Notes: generated by a model not told the origin, from the sequence alone. Positions 27,539 to 37,141 are shown, counted from the stretch's first letter. The stretch is 60,123 nt of DNA from Candidatus Bathyarchaeota archaeon (GCA_005881695.1 VBBT01000107.1:1-60123), one strand, 5' to 3'. Numbers and translations are program-made.

Positions 27539-28981
27539 ATGTCAGGCGAAATCATGCCGCTTGATCGTGGAAAGGTCTTCGCCCACATCGACAAGAACCT
27601 CCCACAACACATAGCCAAACTCCAGGAGCTCGTCCGCCAACCCTCCATCTCCCCGGAGAACAAGGGAGTGAGAGATTGCGCCAGCCTCATCCTCAGCTAT
27701 CTCACGAGTCTCGGTGCCAAAGCAAGCCTGGAGGAGACCAGCGGAAACCCAGTAGTCTACGGCAATTACGACGCAGGAGCAGACAGGACAATCGTTGTCT
27801 ACATGATGTACGATACCATGCCAGTCGACGAGCCCGGCTGGCGCGTAGACCCGCTAGCGGGAACGCTGACGGATGTTCCACCGTTCGGTCGATGCCTTGT
27901 TGCAAGAGGCGCGTTCAACACGAAGGGAGAACTGCGCGGGTTCCTGAATGCCTGCGAGTCGATCAAAGCCACAAAGCAAAAGTTCCCTGTCAATCTTCTA
28001 TTCATTGTTGAGGGAGAGGAAGAACTCGGAAGCCGCCACCTCCCCGAGTTCATTTCGAAACACGAAAAAGAGCTACAAGCAGCCAAGGCAGTCTTCTTTC
28101 CGTTCTGCTCACAAGACAGGACCGGAAAAGTGGTAATGTACCTCGGCGTCAAGGGGATCGTATACTTCGAACTCGAACTCGACGGAGCCACCTGGGGAAA
28201 AGGTCCCAAGGAGTTTGGAATACATGGAAGCAACAAGAGCTGGGTAGACAGCCCGGTCTGGAGAATGATCCAGGCACTATCCACGATGACCGGTCCTGAT
28301 GGCAACAAGGTGACCATCCAGGACTTTTACCGTCACGCCCAGGTTCCTAACAAGGAAGACCGCGAGCTCCTACCGAAGCTCGAGAAGACCTTCAATGATG
28401 CCTCCGTCAAGGAGGAGATGAAGGTCGACAGGTTCATCGGCGACACCCATGGTATTGAAGCGTTGAAGAAGTATCTTTTTGATCCCACCCTCAACATCAA
28501 CGGCATATCAGCCGGCTACACGGGACCGGAGACAAAGACTCTGCTCCCGCACAAGATTACGGTCAAGATGGATGTTCGCCTGGTTCCGAACATGAGGAAA
28601 GACGACGTAATGCCGATGATCAGAAACCATCTAGACCAGTATGGCTTCAAGGATATCCAGATACGCGTAATGGAATCGGGATACGGATCGTCGCGGACAA
28701 GCTATCAGAGCCCGCCTGCCCAAGCCGTTATCAAGTCCTACAAGGAGCTGGGAAAAGATCCGGAGCTATGGCCTACGATCGCGGGCAGCGCGCCCTTTGC
28801 AATGTTCAACAGAAAACCCCTCAACCTCCCGGTGGTGATAGGAGGGCTCGGCCACGGAGCCCTGGCGCACTCGCCGAACGAGTATATCGTCATAGACGAA
28901 CATGGGCCGACGGGTGGTTTGGCTTCGATGGAGAAATCCTTCGTTACTATTCTGGACAATTTTGGCAAGATGGCTAGCTAG
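27539..28981 (+). CDS. M20/M25/M40 family metallopeptidase
   Basis: PSIS, YDTMP, ARGA..TKG, EGEEELGS, HGS, DVRLVP, AHSPNE. Confidence 0.9.
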   Translation: MSGEIMPLDRGKVFAHIDKNLPQHIAKLQELVRQPSISPENKGVRDCASLILSYLTSLGAKASLEETSGNPVVYGNYDAGADRTIVVYMMYDTMPVDEPGWRVDPLAGTLTDVPPFGRCLVARGAFNTKGELRGFLNACESIKATKQKFPVNLLFIVEGEEELGSRHLPEFISKHEKELQAAKAVFFPFCSQDRTGKVVMYLGVKGIVYFELELDGATWGKGPKEFGIHGSNKSWVDSPVWRMIQALSTMTGPDGNKVTIQDFYRHAQVPNKEDRELLPKLEKTFNDASVKEEMKVDRFIGDTHGIEALKKYLFDPTLNINGISAGYTGPETKTLLPHKITVKMDVRLVPNMRKDDVMPMIRNHLDQYGFKDIQIRVMESGYGSSRTSYQSPPAQAVIKSYKELGKDPELWPTIAGSAPFAMFNRKPLNLPVVIGGLGHGALAHSPNEYIVIDEHGPTGGLASMEKSFVTILDNFGKMAS

Positions 28982-29020
28982 CACATTCGTATCGTTCTTG
29001 CCAGAAGACTGCTTCCCGGG

Positions 29021-29137
29021 CTAATGTTTGCTCTTGAAAGGGTTGCTTATTTTTCGGCTCGAACCCGTACGCTTTCTGGACCTGTTCGTCTTTTTCTGTC
29101 GAGTCCTAATACGAAAAGTCCTTGACTGACGCGGCAA
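29021..29137 (-). CDS. 38-aa Arg/Lys-rich microprotein (not in ORF track)
   Basis: TTG..TAG: MPRQSRTFRIRTRQKKTNRSRKRTGSSRKISNPFKSKH, filling an otherwise empty gap. Confidence 0.55.
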   Translation of the reverse strand: MPRQSRTFRIRTRQKKTNRSRKRTGSSRKISNPFKSKH

Positions 29138-29213
29138 CCCTATTCAATATGGTCCGCCGTTGCGACTGGTATATCTACGTTGGATCTTGGTTCTGATCTG
29201 CCGGAGTTTGTAC

Positions 29214-29411
29214 TTAGGCTAACTGCGGAGCTTGTTGATCTAATGTTGGTTTCGCTGCTGGATCTGGACCTGTTTTCGGTTCCTTCCAGGTTGAGCCGCA
29301 GACGTGACAGTTGTGAACTCTGAAGTCGTCTCGGTCGTCCCAACCAGCATAGATGCAGGGCCCGATTTGCCCACAGACAGGACAGATGTGCCTGTCTCCT
29401 TGAACAGCCAT
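29214..29411 (-). CDS. Small zinc-ribbon protein (CPVCG...GPC...HNCHVCG)
   Basis: Two C(P)xCG motifs; close paralog at 41188-41355. Confidence 0.75.
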   Translation of the reverse strand: MAVQGDRHICPVCGQIGPCIYAGWDDRDDFRVHNCHVCGSTWKEPKTGPDPAAKPTLDQQAPQLA

Positions 29412-29543
29412 CAGGCCGTATACTTGTCTTCCAGCTATTTGAACAAGGAGGTCAAAGTCTCATTAGATCCCAATTCCCTACTTTGTTATCAATATCATCG
29501 GTAACCTTCTTAGCTTGAGAGATAACTGGGTGAGGAGACGAAC

Positions 29544-29939
29544 TTGGAACTAGGACCAGAAGCCGAAGAAGAAGAAATCGATGTAATATGGGACGAGAAC
29601 GGGACAGCAAGGTACAGACTACTCAAGGACCATAGAATCGTTGACTTCGATGGCCAAAACGTCGCTTGGATGGACGACGACGGATTCATCTACGATTACA
29701 ATGGACACTACAAGGCCTTCTACGAGAACGGTATTCTGCGAGATCCGGAGGGCGCCGTCATCGGACAAGGTCAAGACCCAGCAGGACCCAAACCTGTTCT
29801 CCCCAACAAGGGCCTGATTCCCGAAGCGACTAGGCCAGAGAAACCTCCTACGAAGCCCAAAGTGAAAAAGGACAAGGATTCCCCGAAGAAACCGGAAGCT
29901 TCACCTCTCTGGTCCAAGAAGATGCTCGAAGAACTATAG
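29544..29939 (+). CDS. 4-fold beta-flower-like protein
   Basis: Repeated IVDFDG/IYDYNG/LRDPEG hairpins, Pro-rich tail, terminal WS motif. Confidence 0.65.
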   Translation: MELGPEAEEEEIDVIWDENGTARYRLLKDHRIVDFDGQNVAWMDDDGFIYDYNGHYKAFYENGILRDPEGAVIGQGQDPAGPKPVLPNKGLIPEATRPEKPPTKPKVKKDKDSPKKPEASPLWSKKMLEEL

Positions 29940-30087
29940 GGCATCAGTAGGAAGAGTGGAGTCTGGCCTGCTAGGAGCCTAGATCTGGCCCCTACCTGTC
30001 CGTCCGGAGAGGTCATATTCAGGAGAAATCCGGAATTTCTCCAAGCTGTTTGGAACTGAAAGGAATCGCTTCGGGTCTCTACACAAA

Positions 30088-31371
30088 TTGACCCTGTACT
30101 ATCTTCCAATCGCTATCTTCGTAGCGGTCTACGTGCTGATAATTCTGCGAAACCTCCGATGGTTTCGCATTCCAGTCTGGACCATTATGATGGCAGGAGC
30201 TGTCGCAATGATCTTCTCAGGTGCTATCCCGCTGGGAGATGCTTACGCGTCAATTAACCTCAACGTGATTTTCTTCCTTCTTGGGATGTTTTCTGTGGTT
30301 GCTGGGATGGATCTTTCCGGTCTCCTAGAGTACCTAACGTTGAAGCTTCTACGCGTTGCCAAGTCGCCGCAGAAAGCCTTCGGTCTGGTTCTGATTGGAA
30401 TAAGCATGATGTCGGCGTTCTTGGTTAACGACACATTGGCACTTATGGCCACACCTATCATGTTGAGTGTCGCCAAGCAGCTGCGGATCAGGCCCGGAGT
30501 CTTTCTCATCACACTCGCGTTGGGAGTGACCATTGGCAGCACAATGACGGCCATTGGTAACCCGCAGAACCTTCTGATCGCACTATCAACAGGAATCCCA
30601 AACCCGATGCTGGATTTTCTTTACTATCTTGCCCCTCCGACATTAGCAGGGCTCGGAGTCACATACCTAATTCTCAGATGGTACTACAGGAAGGAATTCG
30701 CGAACTCGACACTAGCGCAACTCCAAGTTAATCCTCGAGAAGCAATCAAAGATCGAAAGCTAGCAAAGCTATCTGGCTGGGCTGCTGGAATAGTTGTGCT
30801 AGGTTTCTTCCTCGTCGGAATCGCCGAACTGTTTGGGATACAGGGAAACTTCAACCTCGGAACAATCTCTCTACTGGGCGCAACAATTGTTTTTCTAGGT
30901 AGCGGGCGACGGAGAGAGATTCTCCGATCTGTCGACTGGGGGATAATCCTCTTCTTCATCTCACTCTTCATCGTCATGCAAGCGTTCTGGGAGTCAAACG
31001 CTCTCCAGAGCCTCATGATCTACTTGCCCGTTCTCAACAGGTCGGACCCTGGACTCTCGCTTGTAACGATAATTTTGGCCAGCGCATTCTTCAGCCAACT
31101 CCTGAGCAACGTTCCATTTGTTGCAGTCTACATCAAGGCGATGCAGGCGGCAGGCTTCACCGGGGCCGATGTCAAAGCATGGATGGCTCTAGCCGGCGCC
31201 AGCACACTCGCTGGAGGTATCAGTCTCTTGGGCGCAGCGAGTAATGTCATTGTACTGGAAGAGGCTGAGAGCCGGGGGTCAGGATTTGGATTTGTTGAGT
31301 TCTCGAAAATCGGCCTTCTCGTAACCATTCCCAACCTTCTCATCCTGTACCTCTTTCTGCGAGTCCTATAG
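30088..31371 (+). CDS. SLC13/ArsB/NhaD family anion permease
   Basis: SAFLVNDT, IGNPQNL, LLSNVP, GAASNVIV; many TM helices. Confidence 0.9.
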   Translation: MTLYYLPIAIFVAVYVLIILRNLRWFRIPVWTIMMAGAVAMIFSGAIPLGDAYASINLNVIFFLLGMFSVVAGMDLSGLLEYLTLKLLRVAKSPQKAFGLVLIGISMMSAFLVNDTLALMATPIMLSVAKQLRIRPGVFLITLALGVTIGSTMTAIGNPQNLLIALSTGIPNPMLDFLYYLAPPTLAGLGVTYLILRWYYRKEFANSTLAQLQVNPREAIKDRKLAKLSGWAAGIVVLGFFLVGIAELFGIQGNFNLGTISLLGATIVFLGSGRRREILRSVDWGIILFFISLFIVMQAFWESNALQSLMIYLPVLNRSDPGLSLVTIILASAFFSQLLSNVPFVAVYIKAMQAAGFTGADVKAWMALAGASTLAGGISLLGAASNVIVLEEAESRGSGFGFVEFSKIGLLVTIPNLLILYLFLRVL

Positions 31372-31523
31372 CTCGAAATCACACACTCTAAGACACTCAA
31401 AGATCAATCGGAAAACAGGCTCGATTTGACACCTTTCTGGCTGTTCAAATCGTTGTATCATATACCCAGCCCTCTCAAACCGGGGGATTCAACTCCAAGA
31501 AAAGGGAGAAAGGAAAAACAAGA

Positions 31524-32012
31524 ATGGATTCATCAGCCAAACGCAAAGTGGGCGCCATCGCCCTGATCGTTGCAGGAATCGGCGCTTTCCTCGTGCCCTT
31601 CCTTCTTCACAGCCCTGCGCTACAGGCCTCCAGCAACAACAATAACAACAATGGCAGAACGCCAACTAGCCCAAGTTGTACTAGTAACTGCACTCCCTCG
31701 ACAGACACCAACCCGACAACGTGCGCTTCTGACCAGACGAGCACTGACTCAAGTAGCCATAGTAACGAAGGTAAGCACCTTGCAAAGGGACATGACAAGC
31801 AGGACACGTCAATAGTGGGCAAGGCACACGGGTTCATGGCCGCTCTGGCCAAGCACACCCCGCAGCATGACGCAACTCACTCCACCAAGATCGACAACGA
31901 TACAACCAACACTCACGGGCTTCACTCTAACGGCAACAACACCAACGACGCTAATGCTTGCGCGGACAACAAAGACAACGACAACTCCGACGACCAAAGC
32001 AACGACGACTAG
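31524..32012 (+). CDS. Membrane-anchored low-complexity Asn/Asp/Thr/Ser/His-rich protein
   Basis: N-terminal TM, N7 tract, acidic tail; GGAGAAAGGA upstream and T-rich tract downstream. Confidence 0.7.
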   Translation: MDSSAKRKVGAIALIVAGIGAFLVPFLLHSPALQASSNNNNNNGRTPTSPSCTSNCTPSTDTNPTTCASDQTSTDSSSHSNEGKHLAKGHDKQDTSIVGKAHGFMAALAKHTPQHDATHSTKIDNDTTNTHGLHSNGNNTNDANACADNKDNDNSDDQSNDD

Positions 32013-32149
32013 TGGGCCTAGAAAACACTCCTAGGCTCCCCAACTTTATTTTTCGAACTCACCAGACCCTCTTGATCTTTCAGGACCTGGTCTTCGCGAC
32101 CGGAAGGCTGTAAAGTTTAGAAACATCCTCAACCCCTCGCCTGACTCGA

Positions 32150-32632
32150 TTGACAATGGTCAACCAGGGCGAAAAAGCTCCGAACTTCACGCTCCCCGAC
32201 ACGGACCGGAAACCTCGCAGCGTTCAAGAGTTTCTGAAACCCAACGGTGCAACGCTTCTCGCGTTCTTCCCAGGAGCGTTCACGACCGTATGCACTCGTG
32301 AAATGTGCACTTTGCGGGATAGCATGCAGGAGCTGAACAAGATCAATGCCCAGGTCGTAGGAATAAGCGTCAACGATCCGTTCACGAACAAGGCTTTCGC
32401 GCAGAACAACAATCTCAACTTCCCGATTCTCAGCGATTACAACAGAGAGGTTGTGAAACTGTACAACGTGTACCATGAAAACTTTGGCAACCTGAAGGGT
32501 TACACGGTTGCGAAGAGAGCTGTCTTCATACTGGATCACAATGGAGTCGTGGTCTACAAATGGGTCACCGACGACCCGACCAAGGAACCGAACTACGACG
32601 AGCTAAAGAAAGCGGCCGCAAAAACGACATAG
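32150..32632 (+). CDS. Peroxiredoxin (AhpC/TSA, BCP/AhpE-like)
   Basis: APNFTL, FFPGAFTTVCTREMC, GISV, LSD, RAVFILD. Confidence 0.92.
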   Translation: MTMVNQGEKAPNFTLPDTDRKPRSVQEFLKPNGATLLAFFPGAFTTVCTREMCTLRDSMQELNKINAQVVGISVNDPFTNKAFAQNNNLNFPILSDYNREVVKLYNVYHENFGNLKGYTVAKRAVFILDHNGVVVYKWVTDDPTKEPNYDELKKAAAKTT

Positions 32633-32673
32633 GATAATCCTTCACGACCGCCGATTCGAGTTGGCTTCTCTTA

Positions 32674-33384
32674 TCAAGCAAACGATTCTAGAATCTTCAA
32701 CGCCCTAGCAGCGTTGTCTCCGTTCTCGTCGTGGCGCAGGTAGACGTAGACAGACTCTCTTCCCCTACTCGTTTCTTTGATCCTCCCGGTCCAGTCATCA
32801 ATCATTTTTGCATCGTATGATTCTCTTCGGAGTCTGAAATATGGCGTCTTTCCAGTCACTTTGAAGACGGGTTTCATGTCCTCTGTTTCTGCGATGCAAA
32901 AGTCAGCATCGTGTTTCTCCAGAGTAGTATAGGTGGGATCGTTCAGCCAAGATTCATGTCTGAACTCGAACACTCTTTCTCCAATCTTGGAAGTGCTCGT
33001 GAGGAAGTCTTCTAGGAGTTTCAAGTCCTGTTTCGAGTAGGGTGGGAGTTGAAAGAGAATGGGACCATTCTTCTCTCCGAGAGATCTGAGTGTGATTCCG
33101 AGTCTCTCGGTAGCTTCGACCGATCCCTTCCCGAGTTTCAAGATGTGAGTAATCTGTCTCGGTGCTTTGAACGAGAACCTGAAATTATCGCCGGTCTTGC
33201 TGGCCCATGATTTTACCATTGCGAGGCTTGGAGGGGCGTAGAAGGAGCTGTTGATTTCTACGCTGTTGAGCCGTTGAGAATAATAGGATAGGAATTCTTC
33301 ACTTTTCAGGTTCTTCGGGTAGAAGTTTCCTTTCCATCCCGCGTAGCTGAACCCTGAGATGCCTACCATTGCTCTTGTCTTCAA
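32674..33384 (-). CDS. DUF72 family protein
   Basis: GISGFSY..W.G.FYP, VEINSSFY, FKAP..ITH, FQLPP, EFRHESW. Confidence 0.93.
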   Translation of the reverse strand: MKTRAMVGISGFSYAGWKGNFYPKNLKSEEFLSYYSQRLNSVEINSSFYAPPSLAMVKSWASKTGDNFRFSFKAPRQITHILKLGKGSVEATERLGITLRSLGEKNGPILFQLPPYSKQDLKLLEDFLTSTSKIGERVFEFRHESWLNDPTYTTLEKHDADFCIAETEDMKPVFKVTGKTPYFRLRRESYDAKMIDDWTGRIKETSRGRESVYVYLRHDENGDNAARALKILESFA

Positions 33385-33448
33385 TCCAACCTGCTCATGA
33401 GATCAAGGCCGGAAAGGTTTCTAAGGCCTTCCTCATGCGGATTCGACT

Positions 33449-34009
33449 ATGCCTACCTCACCGACAACCCTAGACTCAGTCGGTCTTCCATTGGGTGCAT
33501 CTGCGGTCGATTTTCAACTGAAAGGAATCGATGGCAAGACTCACAGTCTGAAGAGCTTGTCTGACAAGAAAGCATTAGTGGTTGTTTTCAGTTGTAATCA
33601 CTGCCCTTACGTCCAAGCCTACGAAGACCGGATGGTTCAGATTCAGAAGGATTATTCAGCGAAAGGAGTTACCCTGGTGGCGATAAACAGCAACGATGAC
33701 AGCGGCTATCCAGAAGACAGCTATCCAAACATGATCAAGAGAGCCAAGGAACGCGGATTCAACTTTCCATACCTGAGAGATGATACGCAGGAGATCGCCA
33801 AGAAATATGGCGCAATTTGTACGCCCCACGTTTTCGCGTTTGACCAGCAACGTCGGCTTCAGTACAAGGGTAGAATCGACGATAATCGAAACCCTGAGTC
33901 AGTGAAAACCAAAGATCTGAGAGACGCTTTGGACGCGATCCTCGCAGGTCACAAGCCTTCTGTCCAAGATACAAGACCCTTCGGTTGCTCAGTTAAGTGG
34001 AAGAACTAA
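33449..34009 (+). CDS. Thioredoxin-fold (AhpC/TSA-like) protein
   Basis: CNHCPYV, INSND, FPYL.D.TQ, CTP, YKGRIDD, GCSVKW. Confidence 0.9.
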   Translation: MPTSPTTLDSVGLPLGASAVDFQLKGIDGKTHSLKSLSDKKALVVVFSCNHCPYVQAYEDRMVQIQKDYSAKGVTLVAINSNDDSGYPEDSYPNMIKRAKERGFNFPYLRDDTQEIAKKYGAICTPHVFAFDQQRRLQYKGRIDDNRNPESVKTKDLRDALDAILAGHKPSVQDTRPFGCSVKWKN

Positions 34010-34042
34010 ACCGTCGTAGGATTACGGTTCTGTGTTTTGGCC

Positions 34043-34050
34043 TTTAATAT
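34043..34050 (+). promoter_or_regulatory. TATA box of aIF-1A gene
   Basis: TTTAATAT ending 29 nt before ATG 34079, consistent with a near-leaderless archaeal transcript. Confidence 0.5.
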
Positions 34051-34078
34051 CACCGCCATACTCCAGTAGGATGATAGT

Positions 34079-34381
34079 ATGGGTAAGCGAAAGGTCCTCA
34101 GCGAGGCCAACCTCAGCGAGATGCTCACACCTGGTCCAGGCCAGCTTTACGGGACCGTCAAAAATCTCCTTGGCTACGACAGAGTACTGGTCGAGTGCGC
34201 TGACGGCGTCACCCGGGTGTGTCGAATTCGGGGAAAAATGAAACGCCGCGTTTGGATCAAGATGGGCGATACGGTACTAGTCGCTCCTTGGGACTTCCAG
34301 CCAGAGCGCGGTGACATTATGTTCCGGTACACTCAGGGACAGGTTGAATCCTTGCGAAGATCGGGCCAGCTCAAAGTCTAG
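34079..34381 (+). CDS. eif1a: Translation initiation factor aIF-1A
   Basis: CADGVTRVCRIRGKMKRRVWI..GD.VLVAPWDFQ..RGDI..RY. Confidence 0.96.
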   Translation: MGKRKVLSEANLSEMLTPGPGQLYGTVKNLLGYDRVLVECADGVTRVCRIRGKMKRRVWIKMGDTVLVAPWDFQPERGDIMFRYTQGQVESLRRSGQLKV

Positions 34382-34553
34382 CAATAAACCAAGGCCTCAC
34401 GAATCCCTTACCTCTGAGCACTCCTAGCTGGGATTCGTCAAATCCTGGGAAAAGAAATCCTGACGATAAGAAACCGGGAAAAATTTGAGGGGAGCACAAC
34501 ACGGAAGTTTACTGGAGTGTTTGTCTCTTTCAGAGGAAAGATGGTTGAGCGAG

Positions 34554-34868
34554 CTACATTCCGTGTTTGTCTTTGGTGTGCTGGTTCAAAGCCGCTTCAG
34601 AGTTGAACTTAGCGCCGCACTTCGCACAGGCGAACTGTCCAGCACTTGTGGTAGCACCTACACTGACCGTCTTCATCATAGCGCCTCCAGCAGCGATAAT
34701 AGCGCCTAAGACCGCCAGTCCAATGCCTCCGAGCTGAATTGTATGGTGTATGTTCATGGAGTAAAGGTAGCCCCAGGTTCCGAGACCTGCAACGAGTACT
34801 ACCACTCCCAGTACGAGTATTGGCATTTTCATTTTTCGATCAGAAGGATTCGGGTTAATGTTTCCCAT
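34554..34868 (-). CDS. Two-TM membrane protein with C-terminal C2H2 zinc finger
   Basis: Two hydrophobic helices, then FACAKCGAKFNSEAALNQHTKDKH. Confidence 0.8.
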   Translation of the reverse strand: MGNINPNPSDRKMKMPILVLGVVVLVAGLGTWGYLYSMNIHHTIQLGGIGLAVLGAIIAAGGAMMKTVSVGATTSAGQFACAKCGAKFNSEAALNQHTKDKHGM

Positions 34869-35127
34869 TTAAGCCATATTAAACGAGGAATTGAGAACGA
34901 TAGGACCAGCCTCGCTTCTTTGGATGTCCCTGTTAGCGCAAGAAAGCCGCCTTCTGATGAATCAGAGTTTACTTTTCGTACAATGAATCAGTAAAAAATG
35001 GTTCCGAAGGAGTAATCTGCCGGGAATCGGTCTTTTCTGGCTGAAAAGTTCGTAAATCACTGTCCAAGTCTTGAACAAAAACAGGTTTTCATACCCGATT
35101 CTGACTCGCGCCCGACTTCGAAGAAAA

Positions 35128-35580
35128 ATGGCAACAGAAACGTATAGGCATGCAATGACCACAGCCTTCAAGAACTGGCACAGCCTCGCCGTTGGCGCTG
35201 TACTACTCGCTTTCAGCGTCTTCCTCACCTCCACTGCATTCACCTCTCTCAAAACGGCTCAGACGGCTCTCCAAGGATGGGCGATGCTTGTCATCGCAGG
35301 ATACGCATTCGTATCTGCAATATTCCTCGGCGCATCACCACTATCGGAGAACAGTACCCTGACAGAGAGCTTCCCTGGCGTCTTCGACCACTTCAAGAGC
35401 TTCATAGTAGGTGGACTATTCTACGCTATCGGTAACTTTCTAGTGACGGTCGAAGCAGCCAGCCTCGGAGCACCAGAGCAAGTGTTGGCTCTTGCGGCAG
35501 CCCTCATTGTAGGGGGAGCCCTGACACTTGTCGCTGTGCTCGTGGCCGTAGCCGCAGCCTTCGTAAGGCCAAGAAAGTAG
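35128..35580 (+). CDS. Hypothetical membrane protein (4 TM)
   Basis: Four hydrophobic helices; followed by a T-rich terminator. Confidence 0.7.
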   Translation: MATETYRHAMTTAFKNWHSLAVGAVLLAFSVFLTSTAFTSLKTAQTALQGWAMLVIAGYAFVSAIFLGASPLSENSTLTESFPGVFDHFKSFIVGGLFYAIGNFLVTVEAASLGAPEQVLALAAALIVGGALTLVAVLVAVAAAFVRPRK

Positions 35581-35608
35581 ACCAGGGAAGAAAGATGACT
35601 ATGAACAT

Positions 35609-35619
35609 CCCCTTTTTTT
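35609..35619 (+). terminator. Archaeal oligo-T terminator
   Basis: CCCCTTTTTTT about 30 nt after the stop at 35580; similar tracts at 50450 and 32037. Confidence 0.45.
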
Positions 35620-35704
35620 GGAGATTAGATCCGTATGGAGACGAGTCGTATCATCAAGGCTTAACTAATATCACGCTTGATGAAGGAGCCGGCGAAACAG
35701 ACCG

Positions 35705-35968
35705 ATGCCTATTGAGAAAAAGCAGCTTTCCAAGAAAGACGTTCAGAAGTTCGATCCGAGTCCTCTCTATCTCTACACAGCGAAGGACGCACTGAACCGA
35801 GTCACTGTACTGAAAGAAGCGAATAGGGACGCATACCTCATAGCCGGCCGATACTCAGGCAACGACAGCGAGAACCGTCTCTACACACCCCTCAACGAGG
35901 AAGAGAGCAAAGAGATCGAGAAACTGGTCCGAATCGGCAGAAAGGACGCGACGATCAGCTTCCTTTGA
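35705..35968 (+). CDS. Hypothetical protein
   Basis: Intact 87-aa ORF with protein-like composition and ATG start. Confidence 0.65.
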   Translation: MPIEKKQLSKKDVQKFDPSPLYLYTAKDALNRVTVLKEANRDAYLIAGRYSGNDSENRLYTPLNEEESKEIEKLVRIGRKDATISFL

Positions 35969-36013
35969 CCCTCGGCATAGATATTTCCACACGACGAAGC
36001 GGTTCGGAATAAC

Positions 36014-36391
36014 ATGACCCCTCTCGAAGAACTCTCCCTGCTTGTCTCCGAAAAAGGCCGTCGGATACTAGTCGCGCAAAGCCCGGTTGACCTGAAAACC
36101 CTTCAAGGAGAAAACTCCGTCTATATTCTCCAACTACCTGAGGACTCTCACGCTGCCGGAGGTCGAGCCGGCGGATTTGGAGAAAGACGTGTCGAGAAAA
36201 TCTACTGCTTTCACTACCAAAACGGGACCTGCCGCAAGCTCTTCGAAGTTGAATCTCCTGAGAAGTTGGAGAGATTCGAGCTCCCCTACCATGCTGCAGG
36301 CACGCCGGTAATTCTTCCCGACGGTTCTGAAAGAGTCATTTCAGGAGTAATTGACCCAGACTTCGTCGAATCCTACAAGCAAGTAGCATAG
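36014..36391 (+). CDS. Hypothetical protein
   Basis: Intact 125-aa ORF; AAGGRAGGFGERR motif. Confidence 0.65.
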   Translation: MTPLEELSLLVSEKGRRILVAQSPVDLKTLQGENSVYILQLPEDSHAAGGRAGGFGERRVEKIYCFHYQNGTCRKLFEVESPEKLERFELPYHAAGTPVILPDGSERVISGVIDPDFVESYKQVA

Positions 36392-36415
36392 ACTTTCTGC
36401 CTTGGATAAATATCG

Positions 36416-37141
36416 CTACAGATGCGCGGTTCCCTCGGCTTTCGACAACATGATGTAAATCGTAGACTGCGTCGACGGACGGGTCAGTCTCTTCTCTAAC
36501 GCCGCCTTCTCCTCCGGAAGCAAGTCTCGGGCAACGTAGATGTCGATTATCTGATGCTCCAGTTCGGCAAGCTGTTTCAGGCGGATTTCTAAGTAGCCAA
36601 CAGCGGAACGAAAGAAGTTGTCCGAAAGTTCTGGAAGCTCGACATCTACGAGTGTAGTCGGGTCAGCTCTAGAGCGAAGCATCTCATAGAGTTCAGGAAC
36701 AGCAGGTATTTCGATCTTCAAGTGCTCGTGGTGAAATTCCTCGAGGTCGAAGTTCATTCGTCCCCATTTCCGTCGATTCCATAGTCTCTGGTGATCATCG
36801 GGCGAGAGGCCGCTGCCAAAATCCGCATACTCCAGTGTCACGTTCGAGTTTTCTAGGTACTCTGAACGAACGACTCTTCCGCGATGAATGTACTTGGCGG
36901 TCCCGGCAATGTCAGGCGATTTCCCAACGTTATCAGAGGGTGAAATATCGTCTGTTATCTGATAGATTGCAACCTGGTTGCTAGCGAGATGTGGCGATAT
37001 GAGAAATCGTCGGACAGCGTTCTTCTGGTCTTCGAAGATTGCGGGGTCGGCGAAGAGACGTTTGAATCGAAGCCGGACCCTGTAGAAATCAGATTCAACC
37101 ACCACGTTTCCATCAGCTAAACGGTGTATCTTGGAAAACAA
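36416..37141 (-). CDS. Hypothetical protein
   Basis: Intact 241-aa ORF with no motif I recognise. Confidence 0.7.
   Translation of the reverse strand: MFSKIHRLADGNVVVESDFYRVRLRFKRLFADPAIFEDQKNAVRRFLISPHLASNQVAIYQITDDISPSDNVGKSPDIAGTAKYIHRGRVVRSEYLENSNVTLEYADFGSGLSPDDHQRLWNRRKWGRMNFDLEEFHHEHLKIEIPAVPELYEMLRSRADPTTLVDVELPELSDNFFRSAVGYLEIRLKQLAELEHQIIDIYVARDLLPEEKAALEKRLTRPSTQSTIYIMLSKAEGTAHL

Noticed and set aside
31633-31653. (AAC)n microsatellite as a phase-variation locus
   Set aside because: In-frame, interrupted trinucleotide run encoding poly-Asn; length change would not shift the frame
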